From the IMG/VR virus record IMGVR_UViG_3300030104_003613: 64,000 bases of DNA, one strand, 5' to 3'. Positions 9,600-17,945 of this stretch are shown here, in pieces. Positions within the stretch are counted from its first letter, which is position 1. Each line of letters starts with the position of its first letter. A model generated the notes under the pieces. That model saw nothing but the letters and a program-made list of their open reading frames with translations, had not been told where the DNA came from and made no database searches. The stretch is from a virus. Made by a program: the position numbers and the translations under genes.

Positions 9600-10253
9600 T
9601 TAATCAGGGCAGCACCCCACCGATTCAATGTTGTATACATCATACTTGAAGGACACCTCTGCTGTAAAGTACTCCGTGTCCGCAAGTGTAGCGTCAAATT
9701 GAAGGGTTGTCAATGAATATGGAAACATATTTTCAAAGTGAACTTTAAAGTTTGGATTACTCAAGGAATCATATACAATCAACGTTCCATCAGAGTAGAT
9801 GTTCATAGTTGATTGTAAGTCAGGTCTAGCAACACCCTCTGTTTCATCTTGGAAATCATAAATCTGTTCTAGAGATTCTGGGAATCCAATACCACGAATC
9901 CAATTCTGAACCTCAATGTAGTTCTCCATGTTCTCGTCAACCAAGAAACGAAGTGTCAGGTCACCAAACTCGATGATCTCACCGGGTACAGGTAAGTTCT
10001 TCAATGCTTGAGTAGGTTGAATCGTTGTACCAAGCAGTAAGTCGGGAATATTAACAGCATTGCCAAAGAAAGCAATTTTAGGTGCCCTAGAAATAATCAT
10101 CTGAAATCCAGAGGGTTGCAGGAAATTCTTATCCTGAATCTGTTTCAGTTTAGTTTTCCTAAACAGAGTGTTACCCCTGATAGGTTGTCTAATTCTAACT
10201 TGAGCGGCAGTGCTAGTAGATCTAATACTAGAACGCCTTGGATTTGTTGCCAT
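9600..10253 (-). CDS. gp3: Tail tube terminator / tail completion protein
   Basis: NFLQPSGF, PGEIIEFGDLTLRFLVDENMENYIEVQNW, FENMFPYSL; T4-like synteny. Confidence 0.9.
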   Translation of the reverse strand: MATNPRRSSIRSTSTAAQVRIRQPIRGNTLFRKTKLKQIQDKNFLQPSGFQMIISRAPKIAFFGNAVNIPDLLLGTTIQPTQALKNLPVPGEIIEFGDLTLRFLVDENMENYIEVQNWIRGIGFPESLEQIYDFQDETEGVARPDLQSTMNIYSDGTLIVYDSLSNPNFKVHFENMFPYSLTTLQFDATLADTEYFTAEVSFKYDVYNIESVGCCPD

Positions 10254-10271
10254 ATCCTTTCTGACTATTTA

Positions 10272-10409
10272 TCAACAGCATAAAAAAGACCCCCCTTTGG
10301 GATCAAAGGAGGGATCGTATTCTGGTTCTCTGGGGTCAATACGAGGATCCCAGTAGTAGTACATACACTGATATAATCGCAGCGTCTTTAACGGTTTACT
10401 AAGTTTCAA
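10272..10409 (-). CDS. Small hypothetical protein (45 aa)
   Basis: Translated by hand: TTG start after an AAGGAG SD and a TATAAATA promoter (10439-10432); MKLSKPLKTLRLYQCMYYYWDPRIDPREPEYDPSFDPKGGSFLCC. Confidence 0.55.
   Translation of the reverse strand: MKLSKPLKTLRLYQCMYYYWDPRIDPREPEYDPSFDPKGGSFLCC
10281..10316 (-). terminator. Rho-independent terminator
   Basis: GATCCCTCCTTTG-ATCC-CAAAGGGGGGTC followed by TTTTTT. Confidence 0.75.
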
Positions 10410-10434
10410 AATTATCTCCTTTCTACTCGTTTAT

Positions 10435-10563
10435 TTATAACATACCATACAACATTATTAAGAAACAAATAATTGCGAAAGCAAGCAATCCAGCACAAGC
10501 AATTATTAATTGTTTTAATGTGGTACTCTCACCGTTTGGTTCATGATGTAAATGGTCAGACAT
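10435..10563 (-). CDS. Small single-pass membrane protein (42 aa)
   Basis: Translated by hand: MSDHLHHEPNGESTTLKQLIIACAGLLAFAIICFLIMLYGML; starts 3 nt after the psbN stop. Confidence 0.6.
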   Translation of the reverse strand: MSDHLHHEPNGESTTLKQLIIACAGLLAFAIICFLIMLYGML

Positions 10564-10566
10564 AAT

Positions 10567-10680
10567 TTAATGGTCGTGTTCATCAAATGAGTCATCCAAT
10601 TGTTTGGATGGTGGTCCAAATGACAGGTAGATACCATACGCTGTCATTACTACAACTATAGCACTAATCGTGGCAATCAT
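10567..10680 (-). CDS. psbN: Photosystem II assembly factor PsbN (Pbf1), auxiliary metabolic gene
   Basis: Translated by hand: MIATISAIVVVMTAYGIYLSFGPPSKQLDDSFDEHDH, a TM helix plus the PsbN signature FGPPSxxLxDxFxEH; ATGA overlap with the upstream ORF. Confidence 0.88.
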   Translation of the reverse strand: MIATISAIVVVMTAYGIYLSFGPPSKQLDDSFDEHDH

Positions 10681-10865
10681 TGGTTCGTAAGTTTCTCAAG
10701 GTAATCTTTTGATACTAATTTACTTTCGTACCCAGGAAAGTATTCTTTCACTTTAATTGGTACAGCCATAACTGTGGGCCAACCACTGGCGACATAGACG
10801 GAGACACTTTTTGTTTCTTCGTCAATGTGATGTGGCCATGGAAACTTTCTTTTTCTTCTACTCAT
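10677..10865 (-). CDS. Hypothetical protein (62 aa)
   Basis: Likely ATG at 10865 (MSRRKRKFPWPHH), overlapping the upstream stop. Confidence 0.65.
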   Translation of the reverse strand: MSRRKRKFPWPHHIDEETKSVSVYVASGWPTVMAVPIKVKEYFPGYESKLVSKDYLEKLTNQ

Positions 10866-11400
10866 AGGTAAATGTTTTGTTTTTAACTTTAGTGTCAAAT
10901 TCACCAGTGCGTCCTGGTCTCATCTTCCCTACCTTAACATTCTTACCCTTACCTGGCCAAGATGTTTTGGAAGTTCCTTTGAGTGTCGCAGATCCACCTT
11001 TCTTACGCTGGATTAGAACTGAATCTTGGTCATCTTTCCCTGACCCTGATTTTACATTCTTTTTGCGTTTAAGTCCACCCTCTGTGCCCAGTTTCTCAAC
11101 TGTCTTCTTGAACTTCCTCTTACCCATCTTGCCGGAAGAAACTACATGAGACTTCTCTCCCACTTTCTTCTCCTTATCAGTTCCAGGATTCTCTGTGTAC
11201 CTTCCAGAAACTTTTGTAGGACCAGGAAGACCAGCACCACGAATTCTTTTTTCAGTTCTCTTACTTCTTTCTTTATTCTCTTTGGATGACTTATCTCCAC
11301 GTTGTCCAGATAGAATTGCCATTCCACCTTTTTCGGACTTGGAACGAATTCTATTCAGAGAAGTCTCTTGAAGTTCTACAAATTCTGCGAATGTTCTCAT
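10858..11400 (-). CDS. Highly basic protein, putative internal head protein
   Basis: N-terminal MRTFAEFVELQE resembles the T4 capsid targeting sequence; K/G-rich; has its own TATAAATA late promoter. Confidence 0.7.
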   Translation of the reverse strand: MRTFAEFVELQETSLNRIRSKSEKGGMAILSGQRGDKSSKENKERSKRTEKRIRGAGLPGPTKVSGRYTENPGTDKEKKVGEKSHVVSSGKMGKRKFKKTVEKLGTEGGLKRKKNVKSGSGKDDQDSVLIQRKKGGSATLKGTSKTSWPGKGKNVKVGKMRPGRTGEFDTKVKNKTFTYE

Positions 11401-11418
11401 TTTCCAAGACTTTCTAGT

Positions 11419-11426
11419 TATTTATA
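11419..11426 (-). promoter_or_regulatory. T4-type late promoter TATAAATA
   Basis: Exact consensus 18 nt upstream of ATG 11400. Similar (A/C)TAAATA boxes occur near 8971, 10266, 10432, 14075, 15329, 15567, 17266, 20167, 24094, 25653, 28683, 29672, 34014, 43823, 46100 and 60934. Confidence 0.85.
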
Positions 11427-11434
11427 ATTAGGCA

Positions 11435-11460
11435 TAAAAAAAGGAGACCCGAAGGTCTCC
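11435..11460 (-). terminator. Rho-independent terminator after gp23
   Basis: GGAGACC-TTCG-GGTCTCC followed by TTTTTTT (cUUCGg tetraloop). Confidence 0.92.
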
Positions 11461-11480
11461 TGGAAATATGTGAACCGAAA

Positions 11481-12914
11481 TCACATGAGGTTCTTAACGG
11501 CAACGCGACGATAGTAGCGGTTGCTGTTGATACGCAGTCTACCCAGACCTTGGGTAGTACCTTCAGCGAAGGGGTTAGCAACAATACCGTAGCGGGTCTT
11601 GAAGCCAATCTTGGGCTGGAAGGTGTCCTCTCCAACGGCGCGAACCATCTGAAGGGGAACATAGGGGCAATAGAACAGACCAGCGTCATAAGGTGAAGAA
11701 CCCTTATAACCAACAACGTAGTACTGGTTGCCGCCGTTAGAAGCAGCGTTACCGGTGCTCAGGTTGGCAGCATAGGGGTCAATGTAGACGCGGAACTTAC
11801 CATTGATAGTGCCAGCGAAGGTGTTGCCGGTGTCATCAACGTTCAGGTTGCTGTTCAGAGCAGGGGTGTAATCCAGGATACCTGCCATGGTCAGTGCGGA
11901 GGCAACGTCTGCCGAGCACATGATCATGTTGCCCTTCCCTCTACGAGTTCTTTGTGCGATGGCGTTAGCATCACGCTCGATTTGGAAGAGGAGACCCTTG
12001 AACTTCTCAACGGACCAACGACCATTGGAGTCAACATCCAGGTCGAATACACCAGCAGTAGCGGTGTTAGAAACAGCGCCTTGCTCAGCAATCTTGTAGA
12101 TCGTTCTGATGACTTCTCTGTTGATCTCAGCGAGGATTTCAGTAGAGAGGATGTTAGCAAGTTCTGCTTCAGCGTTCAGACCGTGAATTGCCTTCAGGTC
12201 TTGTGCCAGTTCCAGGGAGTACTCTGCTTTCAGAGCTCTGGACTTAGCGGTAACAGTGACTTTCTCAATCGAGAATGCCATCTGGTTGAACTGGTTGCCA
12301 GTACCATTGCCCAGGTTCTCGGCGTCACCAGTAACCATACCCTGACCGACATTATAGGCGGTAGAGGTGGCGGTTCCGACAGGGTTGAGGACGGAAGGAT
12401 TGGTGCCTGCACCTTGTGAGGTAGTACCAAGACCAACAGGACCGTCAGAGAAACCAGCGGTCAGATCGTTACCATCATCCTGACCGGAGAATGCGGTGTT
12501 AACTTCGTCATAGAAGGTCTCAGGACCACCTTGACGGGTGTAGCGGGAGCGCATTGCGAAGATCAGTCCAGTAGGACCGTTCATCGGTTGAACGCCAGCG
12601 AGGTCATATGCGACCAGGTTAGGCATTGCGCGTCTGATCAGGGAGATCAGAACAGGGTCGAAACCGGCAACAGGGCCAGCATCAGGAGCGCCAGCACCGA
12701 AACCACCAGAAGCACCAGCAGCATTACCTGCGTTGGTGGGGGTTTCCATCAGGTTCATACCTGACGAGAATGCGGCTTCTTCCTTAAGGAATTTCTCTTG
12801 GTTCTCAAGCAGGACAGCGGTTACGGCTCTTCTGTGATTGTCTTTGATTGAATCAAGACCCTCATAGTCGAGAAGAGGACTCCACTTTTCCTGCAGATGC
12901 TCGGATTGGAACAT
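11481..12914 (-). CDS. gp23: Major capsid protein
   Basis: LISLIRRAMPNLVAYDLAGVQPMNGPTGLIFAMR, AKSRALKAEYSLELAQDLKAIHGLNAE, FQPKIGFKTRYG. Confidence 0.99.
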   Translation of the reverse strand: MFQSEHLQEKWSPLLDYEGLDSIKDNHRRAVTAVLLENQEKFLKEEAAFSSGMNLMETPTNAGNAAGASGGFGAGAPDAGPVAGFDPVLISLIRRAMPNLVAYDLAGVQPMNGPTGLIFAMRSRYTRQGGPETFYDEVNTAFSGQDDGNDLTAGFSDGPVGLGTTSQGAGTNPSVLNPVGTATSTAYNVGQGMVTGDAENLGNGTGNQFNQMAFSIEKVTVTAKSRALKAEYSLELAQDLKAIHGLNAEAELANILSTEILAEINREVIRTIYKIAEQGAVSNTATAGVFDLDVDSNGRWSVEKFKGLLFQIERDANAIAQRTRRGKGNMIMCSADVASALTMAGILDYTPALNSNLNVDDTGNTFAGTINGKFRVYIDPYAANLSTGNAASNGGNQYYVVGYKGSSPYDAGLFYCPYVPLQMVRAVGEDTFQPKIGFKTRYGIVANPFAEGTTQGLGRLRINSNRYYRRVAVKNLM

Positions 12915-12964
12915 TTGCTTTTACCTTTAAATTAACGTTATGTGTTTGTTTGAATTGATATAAT

Positions 12965-14032
12965 TCAAGAATTTCTAAACGCACCCAGTGCCTTCAGATA
13001 TGAATCCATTCCTGCGGATACAGGAGCATCAGTCGTATCTACACCTTCGGAAAGGGTTTGAGGGGCGGATGCTTTAGCAGCAGGAGTGCCTCTGGAGAAG
13101 TATGACTCCTTCAAAGTTTCCAGCTTCTCACGATATTCGTCCTCACTTTCAAACTCAACACTTTCGGCAAGTGAAGCGAGCTTCTCTTTCTGAGTAGACG
13201 CGAGTCCTTCAGAAACTTGATCGATGATGACATCAGCAGTGGACTCGGCGAGTCTCTTATTCAGTCCGATGTTCTTGTCGATCTGCTCATTGAGCTTGGT
13301 TTCCATTTCATCAAGTTTTTCTACCATGCTTTCCAGCACATCATATTTCTCTTCAGGGATAGTTACATAATGTTCTTCAAAAAGACCCTTCATTCCAGAA
13401 AGGAATGATTCGGTCATTTCGGTCTTCAGACCAGCTTCGACAGCCAGTTCGTTCTCGGACATCCACTCTTGGCAGACATACTCAAGATACGCATCGACTC
13501 TCTCAGTCAAGGTGTCCTTAAGACCTTCCTTTTCTTCTTCTAGTCTAGCAGCGTACTGCTCTTCTAGAACGTCTTGGATTTCTCTGATCTTAGAATTAAG
13601 TGCGGCTTCAAAGATGACTTTCGCCTTTTCTCTGAATTCTTCGGAGAGTTCTTCGCCACCGAGCAGAGCGTTAACGTCTTCTTCAACGTCATACTCTTCT
13701 ACAGTTTCTTCTTCCTCGGCAACGATTTCTTCAGTAGAAGTCTCCTCTTCTTCAAGAGTCTCCTCTTCTACCTCAGCTTCTTCGCCGTAGCTGCCTTTTT
13801 TAGATGAATCCATTGCGTCTGCCTTTTTAGCACCCTTGTTGACTACATCAGCGACAGTTTTGATCTTAGGCTCTTTGAGCTTTGCAGAATCATCATCGGG
13901 TTTGTAGTTCTCAGGGGTGGGTCCACCCAGATCCTCATAGGAACCTGAAAGACCTTCGCCCGTAAGACCCAACTTAGGCATTGGGTCAGCAGGTTTTGCG
14001 TTGGCATTCACAGCAGTTTTAGATTGCTCCAT
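12965..14032 (-). CDS. gp22: Prohead core scaffolding protein
   Basis: Acidic coiled coil, LSEEFREKAKVIFEAA, KLETLKESYF; lies between gp21 and gp23. Confidence 0.93.
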   Translation of the reverse strand: MEQSKTAVNANAKPADPMPKLGLTGEGLSGSYEDLGGPTPENYKPDDDSAKLKEPKIKTVADVVNKGAKKADAMDSSKKGSYGEEAEVEEETLEEEETSTEEIVAEEEETVEEYDVEEDVNALLGGEELSEEFREKAKVIFEAALNSKIREIQDVLEEQYAARLEEEKEGLKDTLTERVDAYLEYVCQEWMSENELAVEAGLKTEMTESFLSGMKGLFEEHYVTIPEEKYDVLESMVEKLDEMETKLNEQIDKNIGLNKRLAESTADVIIDQVSEGLASTQKEKLASLAESVEFESEDEYREKLETLKESYFSRGTPAAKASAPQTLSEGVDTTDAPVSAGMDSYLKALGAFRNS

Positions 14033-14074
14033 TTCTTGTAAATCTCCGAAAATTAACCTTAATTAATCTATATT

Positions 14075-14082
14075 TATTTATA
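14075..14082 (-). promoter_or_regulatory. Late promoter for gp22-gp23
   Basis: Exact TATAAATA in the gp21-gp22 spacer. Confidence 0.8.
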
Positions 14083-14094
14083 AATTAGAATCTT

Positions 14095-14745
14095 TTACAG
14101 ATTGTTCAGAAAATCATCAAAAAGTCTGATCTTCTGTTCGTCAAGTTGTTTTTGATCAACCAAGGTGTTGATCTGTTTGTATGTTTTGGCAGCTTGTTGT
14201 TCTCTTAAGATACCACCATCCCATACCCAGTTCTTCCCTTCCATGATTCCCTCAACAAAAGCGTCGGGGGCAGAAGGATCTGCTACAATATCAGCAGCAG
14301 TTGACAGCATAAAATCATCACCAACGATGTTTACGCCTTCTCTCGTTTGCTTGAGTGATCCGATGCCTCTAGAAGAAACACCAAGTTTAACTCCCTCGCT
14401 AATGAGAGACTCCGCAATCTTACCCATCGGAGTTGATAGGATCTTTGCCTTACCGATAAAATTGGTTCCGTTTTCCTTGAGCGAAACAATTTTGTGACTG
14501 ACGCGATCCAGATTAACAGTCGGGCCATCTGGATGTCCGAGTTCTCCAAGAGCCCTCCCAGAATTGACGTGGTTTTCAGTATATCTTTGGACTTCTTTTC
14601 TCAAAGTCTCCATAGGATACATACGACCATTCCTGTTCTTGAGATCTCCCTGAAGGAAGATGCCCTCAATGAACATGTTCTTTTTACCGTTGCGTTCTTC
14701 AACGATAAAATCAACTGTTTCGATTTCTTCTCTGATGAGTTTCAT
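14095..14745 (-). CDS. gp21: Prohead protease
   Basis: IEGIFLQ, NRNGRMYP, GELGHP, GVSSRGIGS, DIVADPSAPDAFV. Confidence 0.97.
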   Translation of the reverse strand: MKLIREEIETVDFIVEERNGKKNMFIEGIFLQGDLKNRNGRMYPMETLRKEVQRYTENHVNSGRALGELGHPDGPTVNLDRVSHKIVSLKENGTNFIGKAKILSTPMGKIAESLISEGVKLGVSSRGIGSLKQTREGVNIVGDDFMLSTAADIVADPSAPDAFVEGIMEGKNWVWDGGILREQQAAKTYKQINTLVDQKQLDEQKIRLFDDFLNNL

Positions 14746-14750
14746 TGTTT

Positions 14751-15299
14751 TCAGGATACTTGTACTTGTTGGATATATGCTTTGCCAGTTCCAGCCTCTG
14801 CTAAAACAGCGACCTTAATTGACTTTCTCAATTGAGTCCAGTTGTTAGGATCAAATGTATCTGTCACCGAGGATGTATCAACATCAACCACAATTCTCGT
14901 ATTAAAGAAACCAACTTCACCAGGGGTGTTGTCGATAGATTTTACGATTTTGTGAGTAAAGTCAAAGTTAGATTGACCAGCAGACAAAGTGACTGCTTCA
15001 CCTACGGCAAAAGGAGAACCTGTTCCCTCTGGGAAATCAATCGTTGTAGTAGTACCAGTAGTAATACCAACCACTCTTTGTGCTGACGCCTGCCCGATAG
15101 CAATTTCTTCAGCACCACCAGACACACCAACGTAAAAGTTTTCGTTAGTGGCAGTAGGATTAGTACCGATTGCGACATAGCAACCAACAGACTCCGCCAA
15201 GACTCTGATATTCTCAACCTGTTGTGAGAAAGCAGCGGATTGAGCAGACGAGTTAGATGTGGCAAGAACTGTGTTAATGCCTACTGGTTTGATGGCCAT
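14751..15299 (-). CDS. Hypothetical protein, probably virion-associated
   Basis: Beta-rich 182 aa; late promoter at 15335-15329; inside the head module. Confidence 0.7.
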   Translation of the reverse strand: MAIKPVGINTVLATSNSSAQSAAFSQQVENIRVLAESVGCYVAIGTNPTATNENFYVGVSGGAEEIAIGQASAQRVVGITTGTTTTIDFPEGTGSPFAVGEAVTLSAGQSNFDFTHKIVKSIDNTPGEVGFFNTRIVVDVDTSSVTDTFDPNNWTQLRKSIKVAVLAEAGTGKAYIQQVQVS

Positions 15300-15334
15300 T
15301 ATCTTAAATTACAATAAGTCCTAAACAATATTTA

Positions 15335-15541
15335 TTATACTTCTTCCTCTGGGGTATCATCTACTTCTACTTCTACCTCTTCTTCTTCCTCTACTTCAGG
15401 TTCGTCAAAGATAGATGCTGCCACTTGAGGGCGAATTTCTGTAATTCTGTCTGCTGATTTAGCAAAAAGAATATCTTTAATTTTGTCACTAATTTGAGCT
15501 GGAGACTCATCAGCAACAAGCAAATCCATTAATTCTTCCAT
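15335..15541 (-). CDS. Small acidic protein (positional equivalent of prohead core gp67)
   Basis: 68 aa with an E-rich tail, directly after the portal gene. Confidence 0.65.
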   Translation of the reverse strand: MEELMDLLVADESPAQISDKIKDILFAKSADRITEIRPQVAASIFDEPEVEEEEEVEVEVDDTPEEEV

Positions 15542-15569
15542 TTTGTGTAAAATACTTGTGTGTTGTTAT

Positions 15570-17234
15570 TTAGATTTCACCACCTTTGGGTGGTTTGATT
15601 TCTGGGGTAGTTGGCATCGGAGGCATTGCCGTTGCGTCAGCAGGAGCACCAGGTTCTGGCATCATAGGTTGTCCAGTAGCAGGATCGACTGCCATTTCAG
15701 CAGGATCAGGAATCATTCCTGAATCAATTTCTTTCTCGATCAACTTATCTTGCTCTTCAATTTCATCATCAGATTGACGCAGAACGTTTCTTCTGATGTA
15801 GTCATTGGAGTAATACTTACCAATGTATGGTTCATACAATTGTGCCAGATTGATTCTCTCTGTAGCAAGTTCTGCTTCTTTGAGTTCAGCAAAGTGATTG
15901 TCATACAGGAAATCATACTGAATATGATCTGCCATGACCTCCCAATCTTCGAGAGTGACAATGTTTTTCAGGATCAATTGAGTTTTCAACATGTCGTTAA
16001 ACATGTCCGAGAATCTCTTTCTCAGTCTGCCAACAAACTTGGAGAACTTAACTTCGTCTCTCAAAATTTCAGATGAACGACCCATTGAGAAACCAGTATC
16101 ACCTTGAATACGAGTTTCAGGAACGTTGAGTGATCTGTATAACTTCTTCTGGAAATAGTTAATATCGGTGATTTCGCCAAGGTTCTGACCACCAGGCAAC
16201 GTGGTAATTTCTGTACCACGACCACCTTCTCTTCTAGGTAACCAGAAGTCCTCCATCATGGACATAAACTTCTTATCATCTCTGACTTCACCTGTGTTAG
16301 CATCATAGACAAGTTTGTTTCTATAACGCATCATGACATCACGCAGATATTGTTCTGCCTTTTGTTTAGGCAGATTACCAACGTCAATGTAGAAGATTCT
16401 TCTTTCAGGTGCTCTTGATAGACGATAGATGACAAGCGAATCCTCAATCATCATCAACTGATTAAGAGGTTTGATTGCCTTATGCATCCAAGACAATGTG
16501 GTTCCTTTGTTTCTGTCTACCAAACCAGAGGTACAGTAAGTAACAGAATCGCGAGTCATCCTAACACCTTTGTTTCCTCCACCACCAGGATTATAACCAC
16601 CAGATGAACTAGAACTTCCTGGTGTATAAACAAAGTATTCTTCAATTTCTGGAAAGTTATAAGTAGCTGGATCTTCTTTATTAAAACTATTCCTTAAATT
16701 TTGTACGCTATCCTTACCTCTTTTCTTTAACTGACGAACATATTTCATTTTCGACGCATCAATATATCTCAACTCTTGAATACCATCTTGTGGATTCTTT
16801 TGGTCGATTACTTTATTATAGTAAAGTCTTCCGTCGATATACCAGTTACGAAAGATTTCATGCGCTTTCTTATCAAAGTCAAGCAGTTCTAGAATAAATC
16901 TAAACTCCTCTCTTACTTTCTTTTTAATTCCATCGCTTGCTCTCAGATTGGACAGTTCGATATTTACAGGACTGTCATTCGTATCTGATACAACCGCTTC
17001 ATTTACAACATCTTCAATCGCACTATCACATTCAGGATACAACGCCATTGTGCGGTATCTTCTGATTAGATCATTTTCATTTTTATATTTGCCTTCGATA
17101 TCAACGTATGAACCGTAAAAACCCGTCGAGACGTAGTGCTCGGAACCATCCTGATTAGAGGGTGGAACCGGGGATACTACACCCGGCGGGTTCTTATCGC
17201 TATCATCAATTGAGAATCCAAATAGTCTCGCCAT
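15570..17234 (-). CDS. gp20: Portal protein
   Basis: YRLSRAPERRIFYIDVGNLPK, EDFWLPRREGGRGTEITTLPGGQNLG. Confidence 0.98.
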   Translation of the reverse strand: MARLFGFSIDDSDKNPPGVVSPVPPSNQDGSEHYVSTGFYGSYVDIEGKYKNENDLIRRYRTMALYPECDSAIEDVVNEAVVSDTNDSPVNIELSNLRASDGIKKKVREEFRFILELLDFDKKAHEIFRNWYIDGRLYYNKVIDQKNPQDGIQELRYIDASKMKYVRQLKKRGKDSVQNLRNSFNKEDPATYNFPEIEEYFVYTPGSSSSSGGYNPGGGGNKGVRMTRDSVTYCTSGLVDRNKGTTLSWMHKAIKPLNQLMMIEDSLVIYRLSRAPERRIFYIDVGNLPKQKAEQYLRDVMMRYRNKLVYDANTGEVRDDKKFMSMMEDFWLPRREGGRGTEITTLPGGQNLGEITDINYFQKKLYRSLNVPETRIQGDTGFSMGRSSEILRDEVKFSKFVGRLRKRFSDMFNDMLKTQLILKNIVTLEDWEVMADHIQYDFLYDNHFAELKEAELATERINLAQLYEPYIGKYYSNDYIRRNVLRQSDDEIEEQDKLIEKEIDSGMIPDPAEMAVDPATGQPMMPEPGAPADATAMPPMPTTPEIKPPKGGEI

Positions 17235-17271
17235 TATTAATCAGACTAGAAACGTTCGTTCTAGTTATTTA

Positions 17272-17910
17272 TCACTGAATCAGTACCTGACCTCTAGCGC
17301 CTCTGTTTGCATTCAGAGCATTACCAATCGTGAAGAACTGAACCTGGAAGGTAACAGTGAATTCTTCAATCTGATCGGTGTTGTCGTAAGACAGCTCAAT
17401 AGCAGCAACTTCAGTCGGGAAGATGTCAAAGAACTTGTAGTTTCTAAGAACGGAGGATCTTCCACCTCTTCTGTTCTTGGTTGCTTCAGCAACTCTACCT
17501 CTACCCAACTGAGTGACATAAGCATCAGTCATGTAGGATGAAGGGTTGGTAACACCAGTAGCGTCATTGAGTTTACTCATGACGTTCATCCAAGTTTCAA
17601 AAGCAGTTCTGAGTTGGAAGTCCTCATCATTGATAATGGTAACGGTCCAGGTGTCAAAGGTTCTGTCTCCAGCAACCTTCAAGATTCTGCCTCTAAAGGG
17701 GACGGGAACTTCAGCAATAGTTGAGGCAGGCAGCTGTGCTGCCTTTGCCAAGAACTTGAAGTTACCATTCTCTCTTCTACCTCCATTTCTCCAAACTCTT
17801 CTACCCAAGGCAGAAGGGAATGATGGGATAGAGCATTCAAATAGATTGGGGCGGGCACCACCGCCCGCTAATCTATTCTTAAACTGTGATAAGGTTTTTG
17901 TAATTGCCAT
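17272..17910 (-). CDS. gp19: Tail tube protein
   Basis: GGGARPNLF, VPFRGRILKVAGDRTFDTWTVTIIND, IEEFTVTF. Confidence 0.97.
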   Translation of the reverse strand: MAITKTLSQFKNRLAGGGARPNLFECSIPSFPSALGRRVWRNGGRRENGNFKFLAKAAQLPASTIAEVPVPFRGRILKVAGDRTFDTWTVTIINDEDFQLRTAFETWMNVMSKLNDATGVTNPSSYMTDAYVTQLGRGRVAEATKNRRGGRSSVLRNYKFFDIFPTEVAAIELSYDNTDQIEEFTVTFQVQFFTIGNALNANRGARGQVLIQ

Positions 17911-17945
17911 TGGTTTTTCCTCGTTAAATGATTGATATTAGTAGA

